A stretch of DNA of 62,320 bases, counting the filler. It is 4 parts of 4 records of this genome, joined end to end, with 100 filler letters (N's around TTAATTAATTAA, not from the genome) between each part and the next. Parts side by side here need not be neighbours in the genome. Positions count along the whole stretch, not along the records: positions 1 to 16,336 come from DRR723986_11615; 3 more parts are not named here. The stretch is one strand, 5' to 3'. This document shows positions 1 to 9,582 of this stretch, piece by piece (position 1 is the stretch's first letter; each line of letters begins with the position of its first letter). A program made the translations under genes and the position numbers. Below the pieces are notes generated by a model that did not search any database, was not told where the DNA came from, and was given only the letters and a program-made list of their open reading frames with translations.

Positions 1-1
1 G

Positions 2-841
2 GAATACGCCAAGGACCGCCTGCAGGGCCGTTCGGTGACCGGTGTTCAGAACCCCGAAGGCCCCGCTGATCCCTTGATCGTGCACCCAGATATTCGCCGC
101 AACCTGATGGATCAGAAATCCTTCATCGAAGGTGCGCGCGCGTTCATTCTGTGGGGCGCGTCGATGATCGATGCTGCGCACCGGAAGGGTGATAAAGATG
201 CTGATGGGCTGATTTCGCTGCTGACGCCGGTTATCAAAGGCTTCCTGACTGACGAAGGCTATGACATGACCGTTCAGGCGCAGCAGGTTTATGGCGGCCA
301 TGGCTACATCGAAGAGTGGGGCATGTCGCAGTACACACGCGATGCCCGAATCGCGATGATCTATGAGGGTGCCAACGGCGTTCAGGCCTTGGATCTGGTG
401 GGTCGTAAGCTTGCTGCCGATGGCGGCAAGCACGTGATGGCGTTCTTTGAGATGGTTAAATCCTATATCAAGGAAAATTCCGGTCAGGACGAAGCCTTTG
501 ATCGTGATTTCCTTGAGCCCCTGAAAGCGGCGTCAAAGGATCTGCAAGCCGCTGGTATGTATTTCATGCAAAATGCAACCAACCCAAACAATGCATTGTC
601 CGGTTCTTATGACTTTATGCACATGTTTGGTCACGTCTGTCTGGGTCTGATGTGGGCCCGTATGGGCAAGGCGTCATTGGATGCACTGGCAAACGGTGCC
701 GAGGACAAAGCGTTTTATGAAACCAAGCTGACCACCGGTCGGTTCTACATGGCGCGCCGCCTGCCCGCGACTGCAATGCACCTGACTCGCATCCAAAGCG
801 GTGGTGACACTGTTATGTCACTGGACGCCGTCAACTTCTAA
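2..841 (+). CDS. Acyl-CoA dehydrogenase, C-terminal part (5' truncated by window start)
   Basis: Motifs [13 protein letters not shown] and [20 protein letters not shown]; the frame is open from the window start; lies upstream of thiolase and FadJ-like genes. Confidence 0.93.
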   Translation, partial: EYAKDRLQGRSVTGVQNPEGPADPLIVHPDIRRNLMDQKSFIEGARAFILWGASMIDAAHRKGDKDADGLISLLTPVIKGFLTDEGYDMTVQAQQVYGGHGYIEEWGMSQYTRDARIAMIYEGANGVQALDLVGRKLAADGGKHVMAFFEMVKSYIKENSGQDEAFDRDFLEPLKAASKDLQAAGMYFMQNATNPNNALSGSYDFMHMFGHVCLGLMWARMGKASLDALANGAEDKAFYETKLTTGRFYMARRLPATAMHLTRIQSGGDTVMSLDAVNF

Positions 842-850
842 ACGGCAAAC

Positions 851-878
851 TGGCTTCGGGCTGATTTGCCCGAAGCCA
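851..878 (+). repeat. Intergenic inverted repeat (stem-loop)
   Basis: TGGCTTCGGGC-tgattt-GCCCGAAGCCA is a perfect 11-bp stem with no U-tract, so it may be an mRNA stability or processing hairpin. Confidence 0.6.
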
Positions 879-895
879 ATACACCAGAGGACCTG

Positions 896-1108
896 ATGCC
901 AAAACGTTTCCGCCTGACCCGCCGCTTTCCCATTGCTATGACCGAAGATGGGTATCGCAAACTCAGAAGCTTTTCAAAAGAAGCAGGGTTGGATGAAGGC
1001 GAAGCGCTTTCGTTTCTGTTTGAGAATTTCAACAGTGTGATTCACGAGGAAAACCTGACTCACCGGCTGCGCCTGTTCAACGCAGAGCTGGAAGACCGCA
1101 AGCGTTAA
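896..1108 (+). CDS. Small hypothetical protein (70 aa), possibly ribbon-helix-helix-like
   Basis: ATG at 896 preceded by AGAGGA; embedded in the beta-oxidation cluster; the fold is a guess from a beta-strand followed by two helices. Confidence 0.7.
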   Translation: MPKRFRLTRRFPIAMTEDGYRKLRSFSKEAGLDEGEALSFLFENFNSVIHEENLTHRLRLFNAELEDRKR

Positions 1109-1199
1109 GCCGCCCTTTGGGAACGCACGACTTTGCACCGTTGAACGCCTGCGATGGCACACCCGACGCAGAAACATAACCGCCTAGGGAGGGCGCGAT

Positions 1200-1835
1200 A
1201 TGACGATCAAATTGTATTGTTTTGGAGAAAGCGGAAACTCTTACAAAGCTGCACTCGCGCTTGAACTCAGCGGGTTAGGGTGGGAGCCAGTTTTTGTTGA
1301 CTTCTTCAACGGCGAAACCCGCACGCCGGAGTTTCGTGAACTGAACGAACTGGGTGAGGCGCCATTTCTGGTCGATGGTGACTTCAAAACCGGGCAATCC
1401 GGTGCCATTCAGGCCTATGTGACCGAAAAATCAGGTAAATTCGGCGGTAAAACCTCCGAAGAGAACTACGAGATTTTCCGCTGGGTTCTGTGGGACAATC
1501 ACAAGTTCAGTTCGATGGCTGGCTTGACACGTTTCCTGATGAATTTCCTGCCAGAGGATAAGCGTCCGCAGGAAGTCATCGCGTTCAATCAAGGTCGCCT
1601 AAAAGCGGCATATGGCACGCTGGATAAACACCTAGAGGGCCGCGAGTGGATCGTGGGGGATGGCATGACCAATGCCGATCTCAGCTGTTGCGGTTACCTT
1701 TTCTACGACGAACCGTTCGGGTTTAACCGTGCGGATTGGCCAAACATCGACGCCTGGTTGACGCGCCTGAGCGCAACACCCGGCTGGAAACACCCCTATG
1801 ATCTGATGCCGGGCAACCCGTCAGATCGAGCTTGA
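1200..1835 (+). CDS. Glutathione S-transferase family protein
   Basis: N-terminal SGNSYK, then LNELGEAPFL and QSGAI, and C-terminal WIVGDGMTNADL; RBS GGGAGGG. Confidence 0.92.
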   Translation: MTIKLYCFGESGNSYKAALALELSGLGWEPVFVDFFNGETRTPEFRELNELGEAPFLVDGDFKTGQSGAIQAYVTEKSGKFGGKTSEENYEIFRWVLWDNHKFSSMAGLTRFLMNFLPEDKRPQEVIAFNQGRLKAAYGTLDKHLEGREWIVGDGMTNADLSCCGYLFYDEPFGFNRADWPNIDAWLTRLSATPGWKHPYDLMPGNPSDRA

Positions 1836-1845
1836 GGAGCCCCCT

Positions 1846-3057
1846 ATGACCGAAGCTTATATTTATGATGCACTGCGCACACCGCGTGGCAAAGGCCGCA
1901 AGGACGGCTCCTTGCACGAGGTGACCTCGTTGCGCCTGAGCGCCCTGACCCTAAATGCGGTCAAAGAGCGGAATAACCTCGAAGGCCACGCTGTTGAGGA
2001 CGTGATCTGGGGCAATGTTACCCAGGTTATGGAACAAGGCGCGTGTCTGGCGCGTTCGGCTGTTCTGGCCTCAGATCTGGATCAATCGATCCCGGGTCTG
2101 TCGATCAACCGGTTCTGTGCAAGCGGCATGGAAGCGGTCAATCTGGCTGCAAACCAAGTCAAAGGCGGCGCAGGCGATGCCTATATCGCAGGTGGCGTTG
2201 AAATGATGGGGCGCGTGCCCATGGGCAGCGATGGCGCCGCGATTGCGGTTGATCCATCGATTGCAATGGACAGCTATTTCGTTCCTCAGGGCATTTCGGC
2301 AGACATTATCGCGACCGAGTATGGATTTACCCGCGATCAAGCCGACGCATTGGCCGTTGAGTCACAGCGCCGGGCGAAACAGGCGTGGGACGAAAACCGG
2401 TTCTCAAAATCGGTGATCACCGTCAAAGATCAGAACGGTTTGTCCATTCTGGATCACGACGAATACATGCGTCCCCAGACAGACATGCAGAGCCTTGGCG
2501 GCCTGAACCCTGCGTTCCAGATGATGGGCGAGCAGATGCCGGGCTTTGATAAGATCGCCATGCTGAAGTACCCGCATCTTGAGCGGATCAACCACATCCA
2601 CCATGCGGGCAACTCGTCCGGTATCGTGGATGGCGCGGCCGCTGTTTTGATCGGCAACAAAGAGTTCGGCGAGAAACATGGCCTAAAGCCACGTGCCCGC
2701 ATCAAGGGAACCGCCAAGATCGGCACCGACCCGACCATCATGCTGACCGGCCCGGTGCCAGTCACGCAAAAGATCCTTGCCGATAATGGCATGACCATCG
2801 GTGATCTGGACTTGTTCGAAGTCAATGAAGCCTTTGCCAGCGTTGTCATGCGGTTCCAACAGGCGTTTGATGTCGACCCCGCATTGATCAACGTCAATGG
2901 CGGCTCGATCGCGATGGGCCACCCGTTGGGTGCGACCGGTGCGATCATCATCGGCACCCTGCTGGATGAGCTGGAGCGTCAGGACAAAGAAACAGGTCTG
3001 GCAACATTGTGCATCGCATCCGGTATGGGTGCCGCCACAATCATCGAGCGCGTCTGA
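1846..3057 (+). CDS. Acetyl-CoA C-acyltransferase (thiolase)
   Basis: NRFCASG active-site Cys, NEAF, GHPLGATG and CIASGMG motifs. Confidence 0.96.
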   Translation: MTEAYIYDALRTPRGKGRKDGSLHEVTSLRLSALTLNAVKERNNLEGHAVEDVIWGNVTQVMEQGACLARSAVLASDLDQSIPGLSINRFCASGMEAVNLAANQVKGGAGDAYIAGGVEMMGRVPMGSDGAAIAVDPSIAMDSYFVPQGISADIIATEYGFTRDQADALAVESQRRAKQAWDENRFSKSVITVKDQNGLSILDHDEYMRPQTDMQSLGGLNPAFQMMGEQMPGFDKIAMLKYPHLERINHIHHAGNSSGIVDGAAAVLIGNKEFGEKHGLKPRARIKGTAKIGTDPTIMLTGPVPVTQKILADNGMTIGDLDLFEVNEAFASVVMRFQQAFDVDPALINVNGGSIAMGHPLGATGAIIIGTLLDELERQDKETGLATLCIASGMGAATIIERV

Positions 3058-3545
3058 TGCCAAAGCTGGATCTGTCGCAAATCCCTTTTCAAGGTGGCTC
3101 CGGGTATCCCGGAAAGCTGGCCGAGGCGGGCGCTGGTCGGTTTGTCCAGCGACTTGGGGATGCAGGCGGGTTGACCCAGTACGGGGTCAACATGGTGCGG
3201 CTTGAACCCGGTGGTTTATCATCCCTGCGCCATTATCACATGGAGCAGGATGAATTTGCCATCGTGATCAGCGGCACCTGCACGTTGGTCGACGATCAGG
3301 GTGAACATCAGATGCAGCCCGGCGATTGCGCCACGTTCCCGGCAGGTGAGGCCAACGGCCATCACCTGATCAACACCACCGATGCGCCCACAACCTTTCT
3401 GGTGGTGGGCACGCGAACCCCGACCGAGACTGGCTATTACAGCGATATCGACATGATGGTGAAGCAGGATGCCACTGGCTCCGCGTTCACCCGCAAGGAT
3501 GGCAGCCCGCTAACGGCTGACCAGATCGGAGACACCAATGAGTGA
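3057..3545 (+). CDS. Cupin domain protein
   Basis: SSLRHYHMEQDEF and FPAGEANGHHLIN cupin motifs; ATG overlaps the thiolase stop (TGATG). Confidence 0.9.
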   Translation: MPKLDLSQIPFQGGSGYPGKLAEAGAGRFVQRLGDAGGLTQYGVNMVRLEPGGLSSLRHYHMEQDEFAIVISGTCTLVDDQGEHQMQPGDCATFPAGEANGHHLINTTDAPTTFLVVGTRTPTETGYYSDIDMMVKQDATGSAFTRKDGSPLTADQIGDTNE

Positions 3546-5742
3546 ATTTACACTGAACAAAGACGCAGACGGCGTCGCAACCATCACCTGGGATGTTCCC
3601 GGCAAGACCATGAACGTGATGTCGTTCGACGGTCTGGCCCAGCTGGACGCCTGTATTGATGACGCACTGGCAGACGAAGCCGTCAAAGGCATCGTGATCA
3701 CCAGCGGCAAAGAAGGTTCGTTTGCTGGCGGCATGGACCTGAACCTGCTGGCCGTGATGAAAGAAGAGGCAGGCGACGACCCGGCAAAAGGCCTGTTTGA
3801 AGGCACGATGAAGATGCACGCCCTGCTGCGCAAAATCGAACGCGCCGGCATGGACAAAAAGACCAACAAAGGCGGCAAACCAATCGCAGCCGCCCTGCCT
3901 GGCACTGCTGCGGGCATCGGCCTAGAACTGCCGCTGGCCACACACCGCATTTTCGTCAGCGAAAACCCCAAAGCCAAGTACGGATTGCCTGAAATCCTCG
4001 TCGGGATCTTTCCCGGTGCGGGTGGCACCACCCGTCTGGCTCGAAAACTGGGCGCAATGGGGGCTTCGCCTTTGCTGCTCGAAGGTAAGATGCTGGACGC
4101 GAAGAAAGCCAAAGGCGCGGGCATGGTCGACGAAGTTGTCGCCGATCCGGTTGCTGCAGCCCGTGAGTGGGTTCTGAACGCGAAAGACGCCGACATCGTC
4201 AAACCCTGGGATGCCAAAGGCAGCAAGATCCCCGGCGGTGCGCCCTACTCGCCCGCGGGTTTCCCAACGTTTGTTGGTGCGGCAGCAATGGTTCACGGCA
4301 AAACCCAAGGTGCATTTCCTGCAGCCAAAGCTCTGCTGAGCGCGGTTTACGAAGGGCTGTTGGTCGACTTTGACACTGCCCTTAAAATCGAAGCGCGCTG
4401 GTTCACCTCTGTTCTGATGAACCCGTCGTCCGGTGCCATGATCCGCTCGCTGTTCCTGAACAAAGAAGCGCTGGAAAAAGGGGCTGTGCGTCCCAAGGAT
4501 GTCGCCGATCAGCGCGTCAAGAAGCTGGGCGTTCTTGGCGCTGGCATGATGGGGGCTGGCATCACGTTGGTTTCTGCTCAAGCCGGTATGGAAGTTGTTT
4601 TGATCGACCGTGATCAGGCAGCTGCCGACAAGGGCAAGGCCTATACCGAAGCGTACCTCGACAAGGGCATGAAGCGCGGCAAGGTTACCCAAGAGAAGAA
4701 AGACGCCATGTTGGGCCGCATCACTGCGACCCCGGATCTGGAACAGCTCAAAGGCTGTGATCTGATCATTGAGGCCGTGTTCGAAGACCCTGCGGTTAAG
4801 GCCGACATGACCAAGAAGGTCGAAGCGATCATCCCCGAAGATTGCATCTTTGCATCCAACACCTCGACCCTGCCGATCACCGATCTGGCCAAGGCAAGCG
4901 TGCGTCCCGATCAGTTCATTGGCATCCACTTCTTCTCACCCGTTGAGAAAATGCTGTTGGTTGAGATCATCAAAGGCAAGGAAACTGGGGATCGTGCGGT
5001 CGCCAAGGCGTTGGATTATGTGCGTCAGATCCGCAAAACGCCAATCGTCGTCAACGATGCGCGCTTCTTCTACTGCAACCGCTGCATCATCCCTTATGGC
5101 AACGAAGCAACCCGCATGATCACCGAGGGTGTCGCTCCCGTTCTGATCGACAACGCGGCGCGTCAGCTGGGCTTCCCGGTTGGTCCTGTGCAATTGGGTG
5201 ACGAGACATCCATTGATCTGGGCGTACGCATCATGAAGGCCACCAAAGCCGCCATGGGTAACGCCTATCCTGCATCTGAAGCCGACGATCTGATCGTTTG
5301 GATGGAGGAAGAGGGTCGTTTGGGTCGTAAATCCAAAGCGGGTTATTTCGACTATGACGAAAAGGGCAAACGCACAGGGTATTGGCAGGGTATCCACGAT
5401 AAGTATCCGCTGGCCGAGAAACAGCCTGATCTGATCGAAGTGCAGGAACGTCTGATGTTCGCACAGGTGTTGGAAGCGGTTCGCGCGCTGGAAGAAGGCG
5501 TTGTCGAAGACATCCGCGAAGCGGACGTTGGTGCGATCCTGGCGTGGGGCTTTGCGCCTTGGTCTGGTGGCCCGCTCAGCTGGCTCGACATCATCGGCGC
5601 GCCCTATGCGGCCGAGCGTTGTGATCAGCTGACCGCCAAATTCGGCGATCGTTTTGCGTGCCCACCGCTGCTGCGGGAAATGGCCGAAAAGGGACAGACC
5701 TTTTATGGCCGTTTCAACCCGGACGCAAAGTCCGCGGCGTAA
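3538..5742 (+). CDS. Fatty-acid oxidation multifunctional enzyme (enoyl-CoA hydratase / 3-hydroxyacyl-CoA dehydrogenase, FadJ/FadB-like)
   Basis: Crotonase motifs FAGGMDL and GLPEILVGIFPGAGGT; Rossmann GAGMMGAGI; ASNTSTLPI; GIHFFSPV. Confidence 0.96.
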   Translation: MSEFTLNKDADGVATITWDVPGKTMNVMSFDGLAQLDACIDDALADEAVKGIVITSGKEGSFAGGMDLNLLAVMKEEAGDDPAKGLFEGTMKMHALLRKIERAGMDKKTNKGGKPIAAALPGTAAGIGLELPLATHRIFVSENPKAKYGLPEILVGIFPGAGGTTRLARKLGAMGASPLLLEGKMLDAKKAKGAGMVDEVVADPVAAAREWVLNAKDADIVKPWDAKGSKIPGGAPYSPAGFPTFVGAAAMVHGKTQGAFPAAKALLSAVYEGLLVDFDTALKIEARWFTSVLMNPSSGAMIRSLFLNKEALEKGAVRPKDVADQRVKKLGVLGAGMMGAGITLVSAQAGMEVVLIDRDQAAADKGKAYTEAYLDKGMKRGKVTQEKKDAMLGRITATPDLEQLKGCDLIIEAVFEDPAVKADMTKKVEAIIPEDCIFASNTSTLPITDLAKASVRPDQFIGIHFFSPVEKMLLVEIIKGKETGDRAVAKALDYVRQIRKTPIVVNDARFFYCNRCIIPYGNEATRMITEGVAPVLIDNAARQLGFPVGPVQLGDETSIDLGVRIMKATKAAMGNAYPASEADDLIVWMEEEGRLGRKSKAGYFDYDEKGKRTGYWQGIHDKYPLAEKQPDLIEVQERLMFAQVLEAVRALEEGVVEDIREADVGAILAWGFAPWSGGPLSWLDIIGAPYAAERCDQLTAKFGDRFACPPLLREMAEKGQTFYGRFNPDAKSAA

Positions 5743-5744
5743 GT

Positions 5745-5781
5745 AAAAAAAACCGGCGCATACTTGATGCGCCGGTTTCTT
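5745..5781. terminator. Rho-independent terminator, probably bidirectional
   Basis: A8-CCGGCGCAT-loop-ATGCGCCGG-TTTCTT between convergent genes. Confidence 0.85.
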
Positions 5782-5835
5782 CGTGAGGCCGAGGGATGGC
5801 ATCCCGGACCTCGGGACGACCGAATTTAGATTTGG

Positions 5836-6543
5836 TCAGATCCGCAAACCGCGATCTGGGTGCACAGGCTTCACTTTCAGGCTCGGCAACTCATCTGGAT
5901 GACTGGCCAAGGCGCGAATATCATTTTCATCCCGCAAATGTTCGACCAACATCCGCGCTGCATCGCCGTCCAAGACATCGTACAATGTCGGGCTCAGCGC
6001 CCCTTCATCAAACAAGAGCGGTTGCGGTAGAGGACAATGCGCAAGCATGCCGCCTTCGACATAAATCGCCTCGTCCTGTTCAAATGTCAGCGTGGTAATT
6101 CCAACCCGTTGGCCTGGAATACCGGCTGAAATTCCGCGCACCCCTTCCAGCAGACGCGCGGGGATAACCGCAAACGGATCGCCCAGAGCATCAAGCGCGG
6201 CCTCGCATTCAACCAACATGCCCTGATCAGGCATTAACCATAATTCCCGCCGGTTAAACAAAGCCCCTTCTGGCACCAGAACTGGCCTGTGGGATTTCGG
6301 AACAACCATGTCCTGCATGAACAGCGTTTCACGCTTGATATCCGTGATCTGCTGCATCGCATGATCAAACGTCAACACCTTGTCCCCGATGGACAAAGCT
6401 TCGACCGATCGCCAACCCAGATTGGACACGACTTGAGTGCCCGTTAGAAAACCGGACTGGCCGGTTATCAAAATACCTTCGTCAATGACGTCATCTGCCA
6501 TTTCCGGAACCCTACGGTTCCATTTTTCTTTCCACCCGAACAC
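5836..6543 (-). CDS. Stand-alone Hint (bacterial intein-like, Hint_2-type) domain protein, degenerate
   Basis: Block-A-like GFLTGTQVVSNLGWRSVEALSIGDKVLTFD, central LWLMPDQGML and C-terminal LTFEQDEAIYVEGG; GTG start at 6543 after AAGGGAAGAGG. Confidence 0.85.
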   Translation of the reverse strand: MFGWKEKWNRRVPEMADDVIDEGILITGQSGFLTGTQVVSNLGWRSVEALSIGDKVLTFDHAMQQITDIKRETLFMQDMVVPKSHRPVLVPEGALFNRRELWLMPDQGMLVECEAALDALGDPFAVIPARLLEGVRGISAGIPGQRVGITTLTFEQDEAIYVEGGMLAHCPLPQPLLFDEGALSPTLYDVLDGDAARMLVEHLRDENDIRALASHPDELPSLKVKPVHPDRGLRI

Positions 6544-6738
6544 GCGCCTCTTCCCTTGTTGTGGCAGCAGCAAATCGTGGCTTGCCGGATTAACCATATT
6601 GTTCAGATAGGAAGCCTGATTCGAGAGACCGATTCAGGCCGACAAAAGGGCATGATTGTGGCACTGTTCAGACATTTTCAGACAATACAGGACAAAGTCA
6701 TAGGATTGGCGCCGCTGGATCAACAAACCTGCCACAAT

Positions 6739-7383
6739 TCAAAAATGATATCCGAACCGCGAAATGTCTTGAGCGCAGGTTTGCCCCAACAGCTCGGCGC
6801 TATGATCGCTGTAATAGCCCCGGTAGTCCAACTTGCGATCAGATCTGTTTTCGTGCGGTAACTTTAACGGGAACCCAAGATGGTCTTGCAGCGGTATGGC
6901 ATCCTCTTGGAAATGTTCGATCCGAATGTACAAATCACATTTCTCTGCGCCATCAACAGTTTGCATATAACTGCTCGCAGGTGACGCGCGAAACGCAGCC
7001 AAAGTATCAGGATGCGTTAAAAAAGCCTCAAAATTCAGCGTCTTCGCAAGTTGAACAGAAGGATGATCAAAGGTTTGTTTCTGTAGCCAATGATAATAGC
7101 TTACCGCCCGGTTCCACGGGTTGCGCACCAGTGTAAAGCAAAACTGCGCGCGGACATCGTCGATAGACACCAATCCATCAATGTCCGCCAGGGTTGAATG
7201 CTTCCACAACCGTCCGTGCGTTTTGATCCCTTGCACGCGCTTGCGTCTTTGTTTGGCCTTGGGGGTGTCGCCGATCAGAATGTCATCCTTTTTGGCACGC
7301 GCCTCCAGTGCCAAAGACAGGGATGTGCCACCGGTTTTGGGAATATGAACAAAGATATAGCCGCGACCGGTCGAGATAATCAT
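6739..7383 (-). CDS. Sulfotransferase family 2 protein
   Basis: 5'-PSB motif FVHIPKTGGTS and 3'-PB motif VRNPWNRAVSYY. Confidence 0.88.
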   Translation of the reverse strand: MIISTGRGYIFVHIPKTGGTSLSLALEARAKKDDILIGDTPKAKQRRKRVQGIKTHGRLWKHSTLADIDGLVSIDDVRAQFCFTLVRNPWNRAVSYYHWLQKQTFDHPSVQLAKTLNFEAFLTHPDTLAAFRASPASSYMQTVDGAEKCDLYIRIEHFQEDAIPLQDHLGFPLKLPHENRSDRKLDYRGYYSDHSAELLGQTCAQDISRFGYHF

Positions 7384-7391
7384 GCCTTAGA

Positions 7392-8333
7392 TTAGCCGGG
7401 TTCTGCCTCAAGCTGAACCCCCTCGCCGCCGGATCGAATGGCAATGATGCCCCCGGCAAAAACAATCAGCCCAATCCCAAAGATCTGCCACACGCCAAGC
7501 GCCTGCCCCAAAGCGACCCAAGCGAACACAGGGCCGAAAATCATCACTGAATATTCAAACACCGAAACATAGGTGGCGTCGCCCAGTTGATAGGATTTCA
7601 CCAGCATGAAAACGGCGATCACGGACCCGAAGGCCTGCAAGATGACCCATGGCAAGGCGGCCTCCATCGGCCAGATCCACCCCCGCGTCACAAAACCGGC
7701 CGGACCCGGAACCGTAGACAGTGGAACAACCGCCAGCACGAGCAACCCAACCAGCCCGAGCAAACACAAGGACAGCATCATCCCGCCCAGCAAGGCAACT
7801 GTACTTTCGCCCTCGCACAAGGTTCGGGTAGCAATTGCCCCCAACGCATAAAAGAACCCACCCGCGACGGGCAACAAAACCATGGCGTCAAAATCCTGCG
7901 GATTGGGCTGTAAAACACACAGAATACCAATGAACCCCAACCCAACGGCCACAATGCGCCATGGGCCAATCCGGCGTTTCTGGGCCAACGTCGTAATCAG
8001 CAGGATAAAGATAGGCGATGTGAACAGACCTGCAAGCGCCTGTGCGATCGGCATCAACGCCAAGGCACTGAAATAGAACAACATCCCCACTGCCAAGGCG
8101 AGACTGCGCACAGCAACAGCCCAACCCCGATTGGGCGCCAATTTACCCAAACCAATCCGAGACATGATCACAATCAGCGGCAACATCATCACACCCCGCA
8201 AAAAGTGGAACTGCCACAGGCCAATCGTTTCAGCCAACCGAACAATATAATTGTCGATGATCCCAATGATTGCCATGGCAGAAATCATGAATAAGGCGGC
8301 AGATACAGGAGAGTCTTTTTGGCTGTGTTGCAT
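7392..8333 (-). CDS. DMT/EamA family transporter
   Basis: About 10 hydrophobic helices in two EamA repeats (FTSPIF, YVSVFEYS); ATG at 8333 after GGGAGGGG. Confidence 0.9.
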   Translation of the reverse strand: MQHSQKDSPVSAALFMISAMAIIGIIDNYIVRLAETIGLWQFHFLRGVMMLPLIVIMSRIGLGKLAPNRGWAVAVRSLALAVGMLFYFSALALMPIAQALAGLFTSPIFILLITTLAQKRRIGPWRIVAVGLGFIGILCVLQPNPQDFDAMVLLPVAGGFFYALGAIATRTLCEGESTVALLGGMMLSLCLLGLVGLLVLAVVPLSTVPGPAGFVTRGWIWPMEAALPWVILQAFGSVIAVFMLVKSYQLGDATYVSVFEYSVMIFGPVFAWVALGQALGVWQIFGIGLIVFAGGIIAIRSGGEGVQLEAEPG

Positions 8334-8514
8334 AGGCCCCTCCCTAGGGGCACGGGCCACTGGGCGCTGGTCCGTCTGCGACATCCCCAACGAATTGCGA
8401 CCCTCGGTATACCAGAAGAGCCTCACGTCATCGTCATTATCGTGCGCTAGGTGTTTGCTGCCCCTACCAAGGCCATGCTAAGCTTTCGAAAAAGCACAGG
8501 CACACTCAGCCAGA

Positions 8515-9528
8515 ATGACAGCTCTAAAACAATACGAACGGATCGAGGCAACTGGTCTGTGGCGCCGCTCCCCCGAGGAGCAAAGGCGCGAAGTCGTCAT
8601 TTCGATTGGCGATGCCACACTGACGATCTCCGATTTTAATGATCAGGCGCTGACGCATTGGTCCTTGGCCGCGCTGGAACGCAAAAACCCGGGAATTTTT
8701 CCTGCTATTTACCATCCGGACGGAGACCCCGGAGAAACGCTTGAGCTGGAAGGCTCGGAAACCACGATGATCGAGGCCATTGAGCGGCTTCACCGGGCTA
8801 TCGAACGCTCTCGCCCGCGCCCCGGTCGGTTACGCTGGATGAGTGTTGCTGGCGTGGTGACTGTGGTGATGGCTGTTTTGCTGCTCTGGCTTCCGGGGGC
8901 ATTGCAACGTCACGTGGTGTCCGTGGTTCCGGAAATCAAACGGCAGGAAATTGGACACGCGGTTCTGGATCGTATCGAACGCGTCGCAGGAACCGTCTGT
9001 CATAGCGAAGAGACCCAAGGAGTGTTGAACAAGCTGGCACAGCGCACTGGCGTGCGACAGCTTGCTGTGTTGCCAGGGGGCGTCGCCGACAGCTTACATT
9101 TGCCCGGCGGTATCGTGTTGCTTAACCGCACTTTGATCGAAGACCACGAAGACCCCGCGGTTGCAGCAGGATTTGTATTGGTAGAACGCGCCCGTGCGCA
9201 GCATCTCGATCCGCTTGCAGAACTCTTGAACGAAGCCGGGCCTTCTGCCTCTTTCCGATTGCTCACAACAGGTGTTTTGACCCCAGAAATTCTGGATCAC
9301 TATGCGGAACGCATTCTTTCCGCCCCCCGCCCCGAGTTACCCGAGGCCGAGGTGCTGAACATCTTTGCGCAATCCGCCATCCCTACGTCGCCTTATGCCT
9401 ATGCGCGTGACATTACCGGTGAGGCCGTGATCGGGTTGATCGAGGCTGACCCGATGGCCGGGCGCACGTTAGAACCGGTTTTGTCGGATCGGGACTGGGT
9501 ATTGCTGCAAAACATCTGCGGCGGATAA
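8515..9528 (+). CDS. Conserved hypothetical single-TM protein resembling a degenerate M48 peptidase
   Basis: Soluble N-domain, one TM helix, then LHLPGGIVLLNRTLIE as in M48 family members, but HExxH is absent (GFVLVERAR). Confidence 0.7.
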   Translation: MTALKQYERIEATGLWRRSPEEQRREVVISIGDATLTISDFNDQALTHWSLAALERKNPGIFPAIYHPDGDPGETLELEGSETTMIEAIERLHRAIERSRPRPGRLRWMSVAGVVTVVMAVLLLWLPGALQRHVVSVVPEIKRQEIGHAVLDRIERVAGTVCHSEETQGVLNKLAQRTGVRQLAVLPGGVADSLHLPGGIVLLNRTLIEDHEDPAVAAGFVLVERARAQHLDPLAELLNEAGPSASFRLLTTGVLTPEILDHYAERILSAPRPELPEAEVLNIFAQSAIPTSPYAYARDITGEAVIGLIEADPMAGRTLEPVLSDRDWVLLQNICGG

Positions 9529-9564
9529 ACAAAAGGCCACCTGTATCAGGTGGCCTTTTGTTTA
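9526..9564. terminator. Bidirectional rho-independent terminator
   Basis: Perfect inverted repeat TAAACAAAAGGCCACCTG-tat-CAGGTGGCCTTTTGTTTA between convergent genes. Confidence 0.9.
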
Positions 9565-9582
9565 CGTCGATCTGAAATCGTA

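Noticed and set aside
8340..8430. CTAGGG...GCTGGTCCG resembling a guanidine-I (ykkC) riboswitch next to a DMT transporter
   Set aside because: It is on the opposite strand to the transporter and lacks the 3' ACACGG...AAAAGCCCGGGAG element. An Rfam scan would settle it.
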